Program-made: the position numbers and the translations under genes
The notes under the pieces: model-generated
The model's database searches: none
Seen by the model: the letters and a program-made list of their open reading frames with translations, nothing else
What the model was told of the DNA's origin: nothing
In this document: positions 63,052 to 64,000 of the stretch, one piece after another
Numbering within the stretch: the stretch's first letter is position 1
Layout: each line of letters begins with the position of its first letter
Assembly (NCBI GenBank): GCA_010015805.1
Contig: ML978122.1
Coordinates: 1,460,453-1,524,452, forward strand
Length of the DNA: 64,000 nucleotides
DNA from: Rhizodiscina lignyota
Taxonomy: Eukaryota
Reading direction: 5' to 3'

Positions 63052-64000
63052 CGGCGTGCGACGAGGGAGAGGGCGTCGACTGGGTTCAAACGGAGGAGAG
63101 GCTCAAGGCTTTTCTAAGGATACAGCGCGACGTCGAAAATGGTATCACAACGATGGATGTGCATTGCCAAGCAGGCACTGCAGCCTTCCAAGAAGAGGTT
63201 AAAGCATGCATTGAAGGACTGGAGAGAGGCTAGCTGTACAGCAGCGCGCGCGCGCGTGGGAGCGATCACATCAGCGTATGAATGTCGCTTTCCTAGCGAA
63301 GGCCGAGTCCATTTGGAGCGGCGCAGATAGCCACTGAGGAGCCGATCCCCCGCTGGCAGCGTGAGAGGCAGCCCGCCGTTGCACGCATCATCCCACACGC
63401 TTCCCTTCTCGGCTGGCGCTCTTGCACCGTTCAAGTCGTAGGGCTGACGGGTGTCGATCAAAAAGGTGGGACAGCTCGTGCATGGCATTCGAGTCCGGTG
63501 GAGTTTGAGGCTCTTCTTGCTGTGAAATGCCTTCGCCGAGTTGTTCGACCACCGCGTCAAACCTCCGGGCCAACATGGACTCGGACGTAGCGAGTATAGG
63601 CTCATATTGCCACGCTAACGGTAAAAGGGTCCCGGCTAACGCGCGATGCGCGTGGCTTTATCGCTGCAAGGATTTAGTGGCATTCTCACGTGCGACCAAT
63701 ATTTCTCCATCATCTCACCTCTTGTGGGCCTCTCACGGCGCCAGGCTTCCAATGTGCTTTTCGTGCCCAAAATTCGGTTCTTAGGGGGCGTTTTTGGAGT
63801 GCTGTGCCTTCTCCTTGGGTCAATGGCTGGTTGTATTTAGAGTTTCCATTGCGATACCCCGCCTGCACTTCCTGGACGGAATCTCGACGAGCGAGTGACG
63901 AGAAGCGAGGCCTGTCGCGCGACAGCGCCCGACATACCACTCTACCTTCCAGGTGGCCTCTCTTCAACTGATCAGGGGAGGGGAAGGGCCCAGTGGTCCC

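Overview
Intron-rich fungal genomic DNA (filamentous ascomycete; GT..CTRAC..YAG introns, Zn2Cys6 regulators). The window has an accessory left/middle part and a conserved right part. (1) 0.2-2.3 kb: a divergent pair of a UstYa/DUF3328 oxidase (two HxxHC motifs) and a secreted Kex2-processed precursor with seven identical QSPDLGTYVYF cores, i.e. a candidate dikaritin-type RiPP locus. It lies just downstream of (2) a frameshifted, stop-riddled relic resembling a DUF3435 tyrosine recombinase (Starship captain family) at about 3.2-5.2 kb. (3) 6-18 kb: DUF676-like hydrolase, then a dienelactone hydrolase / FAD monooxygenase / MFS / Zn2Cys6 group. (4) 24-39 kb: a candidate biosynthetic cluster in which an A-T-TE NRPS-like enzyme sits with its own DAHP synthase, chorismate synthase, prephenate dehydratase and a Zn2Cys6 regulator. 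The DAHP synthase has Glu at the Aro4 K229 feedback position, and a TCGG-N2-CCG motif is shared by both divergent promoters. (5) 41-64 kb: ADH, a hypothetical protein, a succinyl-CoA synthetase alpha-beta fusion, SMT3, CMC4, NUP84, a large GPI-type repeat protein, an F-box-like protein and a PPR1/UaY-like regulator. All family assignments come from motif recognition by eye; no database searches were run, and exon boundaries were assembled manually.
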